Shown here: piece after piece, positions 60,801 through 64,000 of the stretch | Numbering within the stretch: position 1 is the stretch's first letter | How the letters are laid out: each line of letters begins with the position of its first letter | Assembly: GCF_009914755.1 (NCBI RefSeq) | Contig: NC_060944.1 | Reading direction: 5' to 3' (one strand) | From: the human T2T-CHM13v2.0 reference genome, Homo sapiens | DNA length: 64,000 nucleotides | The notes under the pieces: generated by a model | Databases searched by the model: none | The model's input: only the letters and a program-made list of their open reading frames with translations | Told to the model about the DNA's origin: nothing | Program-made: the position numbers and the translations under genes

Positions 60801-63800
60801 AAAAACTAGGCAGAAAAATTCTGAGAAATGTCTTTGTGTTGTGTGCATTCATCTCACAGAGTTGAACCTTTCTTTTGATTGAGCAGTATGGAAACATTCT
60901 TTTTGTAAAATCTGAAACTGGACATTTGCAGCGCTTTGCGGCCTATGGCAGAAAAGGAAATATCTTCACATAAAATCTAGAGAGAAAGAATCTGAGAAAC
61001 TTCTTTGTGATGTGTGCATTCATCTCTCAGAGTTAAACCTTTCTTTTTATTGAGCAGTTTGAAACTCTTTTTTTGTAGAATCTGCATGGGGACTACTGGA
61101 GCCCTTTGAGCCCTATGGTGCAAAAGGAAATATCTACACATAAAAACTAGACAGAAGAATTCTGAGAAACTTATTTGTGATGCGTGCATTCCTCTCACAG
61201 AGTTGAACCTTTCTTTTGATTGAGCATTTTGGAAACACTCTTTTTGTAGAATCTGCAAGTGGACATTTGGAGTGCTTTAGGGCTATGGTAGAAAAGGAAA
61301 TATGTTCAAATTAAATCTTTACAGGAGCAATCTGATAAACTTCTTTGTTATGTGTGCATTCATCTCACAGAGTTAAAACTTACTTTTGATTGAGCAATTT
61401 TGAAACTCTCTTTTTGTAGAATCTGCAAGTGGACATTTTCAGAGCTTTGAGGCCTATGGTGGAAAAGGAAATATCTTCCCATAAAAGCTAGATAGAAGAA
61501 TTTTGAGAAACTTCTTTGTGATTTGTACTTTCATCTCACAGAGTTGAAACTTTCTTTTGATTGAGTAGTTTGGAAACAGTCTTTTTGTAGGATCTGCAAG
61601 TTGACATTTGGAGCACTTTGAGGCCTACGGTGGTATAGGAAATATCTTCACAAAAAACTAGACAGAAGAATTCTGAGAAAATATTTTGTGATAGGTGTGT
61701 TCATCACACAGAGTTGAACTTTCTTTTGATTGAGCAGTTTGGAAGCACTCTTTTTGGAATCTGCAAGTGGGAATTTGGAGTGCTTTGAGGCCTACAGTAG
61801 AAATGAAATATCTTCAGATAAAATCTAGACAGAAGCAATCTCAGAAACTTATTTGTGATATGTGCATTCATCTCACAGAGTTAAACCTGTCTTTTGATTG
61901 AGCAGTTTTGAAAATCTCTTTTTTATAGAATCTACAATGGACATTTGGAGTGCTTTGAAGGCTTTGGTGGAAAAGGAAATATCTTCATATAAAAATTAGA
62001 TAAAACCATTCTGAGGAACTTCTTTGTGATGTGTGCATTCATCTCCCAGATTTGACACTTCCTTTTAATGGACCAGTTTTGAAATAGTCTTTTTGTGGAA
62101 TCTGCAAGTGGATATTTTGAGCTCCTTGAGGCCTGTGGTGGAAAATGAAATATCTTCACATACAAACTAGACAGAAGAATTCTGAGAAACTTCTTTGGGA
62201 TGTGTGCATTCACCTCACAGAATTGAACCTTTCTTTTGATTGAGCAGTTTGGAAACACTGTTTTTGAAGAATCTTCAAGTGGACATTTGGAGCACTTTGA
62301 GGCCTATGGTAGAAAAGGAAATATCTTCACATAAAATGTAGACAGAAGGAATCTGAGAAACTTCTTTGGATGTGTGCATTCATCTCACAGAGTTAAAACT
62401 CTCTTTTGATTGGGCAGTTTTGAAACTCTCTTTTTGTATAATCTAGAATTGGACATTTGGAGTGCTTTCTGTCCTGTGATGGAAAAGGAAATATTTTCAC
62501 ATAAAAACTAGACAGAAGAATTCTGTGACACTTCTTTTTGATATGTGCTTTCATCTCACAGAGCTGAACATTTTTTGTGATTGAACATTTTGGAAACACT
62601 TTCTATAGAATCTGTAACTGGGGATTTGGAGTGCTTTGCGGCCTATGGTAGAAAAGGAAATGTCTTCACATAAAATCTGGATAGAGGCAATCTGAGAAAA
62701 TACTTTGTGGTGTGTGCATTCATATCACAGAGATAAACTTTCTTTTGGTTGAGCAGTTTTGAAACTCTCTTTTTGTAGATCTGCAATTGGACATTTGTAG
62801 CACTCTTAGGTCTGTGGTGGAAAAGAAAATATCTTCACATAAAAACTAGACAAAATTATTCTGAGAAACTTCTTTGTGATGTGTGCGTTCATCTCACATA
62901 CCTGAACCTTTCTTTTGATCGAGCAGTTTGGAAGCACACTTTTTGTAGAATCTGCAGGTGGGCATCTGGAGCGCTTTGAGGTCTATGGTAGAAAGGGAAA
63001 TATCTTCACGTAAAATCTAGACAGAAGCAATCTGAGAAACTTCTTTGTGATGTGTGCATTCATCTCACAAACTTAAACGTTTGTTTTGACTCAGAAGTTT
63101 TGAAACTCTCTTTTTGTAGAATCTGCAATTGGACATTTGGAGCCCTTTGAGGCCTATGGTCTAAAAAGAAATGTCTTCACATAAAAACTAGATAGAAGAA
63201 TTCAGAGAAACTTCTTCATGATGTGTGCACTCATCTCACAGAGTTGAACCTTTCTTTTGATTAAGCAGTTTGGAAACACCCTTTTTGTAGACTCTGCATG
63301 TGGACATTGCAGTGCTTTGCGGCCTCTGGTAGAAACGGAAATATCTTCACATAAAATCTAGAAAGAAGCAATCTGATAAAATTCATTGTGATGTCTGCAT
63401 TCATCTGAGAGTTAACCCTTTCTTTTGATTGAGCAGTTTTGAAACTTTCTTTTGTAGAATCTGCAAGTGGACATTTGGAGGGATTTGAGGGCAATGGTGG
63501 AAAAGGAAATGTGTTCACATAAAAACTAGATAGAAGCATTCTGAGAAACTTATTTGTTATGAGTGCATTTATCTCCCAGAGTTGAACCTTTCTTTGGATG
63601 GACCAATTTTGAAATATAATTTTTGTGTAATCTGCAAGTGGACATTTCGAGCACCTTGAAACTTATACTGGAAAATGAAATATCTTCACATAAATGCTAG
63701 ACAGAAGAATTCTGAGAAACTTTTTTGTGATGTGTGCATTCATCTCACCGAGTTAAACCTTTCTTTTGATTGAGCAGTTTGGAAACACTCTTTTTGAAGA

Positions 63801-64000
63801 ATCTCCAAGTGGACATTTGGAGCGCTATGCAGTCAGTGGTAGGAAAGGAAATATCTTTACATAAAATCTAGATGGATGCAATCTGAGAAAGTTCTTTGTG
63901 ATGTGTGCATTTATTTCACAGAGTTAAACCTTTCTTTTGTTTGAGCAGTTTTGAACCTCTCTTTTTGTAGAATTTGCACGTGGACATTTGGAGCTATTTG

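Larger units (their letters stand above)
50421..64000 (+). repeat. Old divergent alpha satellite in the opposite orientation, largely dimeric; open at the right edge
   Basis: Monomers alternate AAAACTAGACAGAAGAATTCTGAG…GAGTTGAAC…TTTGGAAACACTC with AAATCTAGACAGAAGCAATCTGAG…GAGTTAAAC…TTTTGAAACTCTC. The diagnostic GTGGACATTTGG contrasts with GTGGATATTTGG in the left arm. No CENP-B boxes seen. Confidence 0.94.

Noticed and set aside
50374-63539. Many short ORFs in the right arm
   Set aside because: All are translations of divergent alpha-satellite monomers with no coding signature.

Overview
This is primate (human-like) pericentromeric DNA with no genuine protein-coding gene, RNA gene or CRISPR array. 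Bases 1-36749 hold about 8.3 near-identical copies of a 26-monomer alpha-satellite higher-order repeat (HOR, 4445/4446 bp) made of A-type monomers with no CENP-B boxes. The HOR ends abruptly but in monomer register and gives way to divergent monomeric alpha satellite of the same type and strand (36750-46855), which carries a 5'-truncated L1PA with target-site duplications (42370-43758). A 3.5-kb L1PA with a twin-priming inversion and an internal deletion of about 0.4 kb (46856-50371) sits at the point where the satellite changes both strand and monomer family. The rest (50421-64000) is an old, divergent, mostly dimeric alpha-satellite layer with small recent duplication or conversion tracts and an island of left-arm-type monomers. 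Satellite strands follow the usual consensus (…CATTCTGAGAAACTTCTTTGTGATGTGTGC… = +). All listed ORFs are chance satellite frames or dead L1 ORF2 fragments. I found no evidence of a new gene system; the notable signals are structural and evolutionary, mainly the L1 at the strand/layer switch and the internal history of the HOR.
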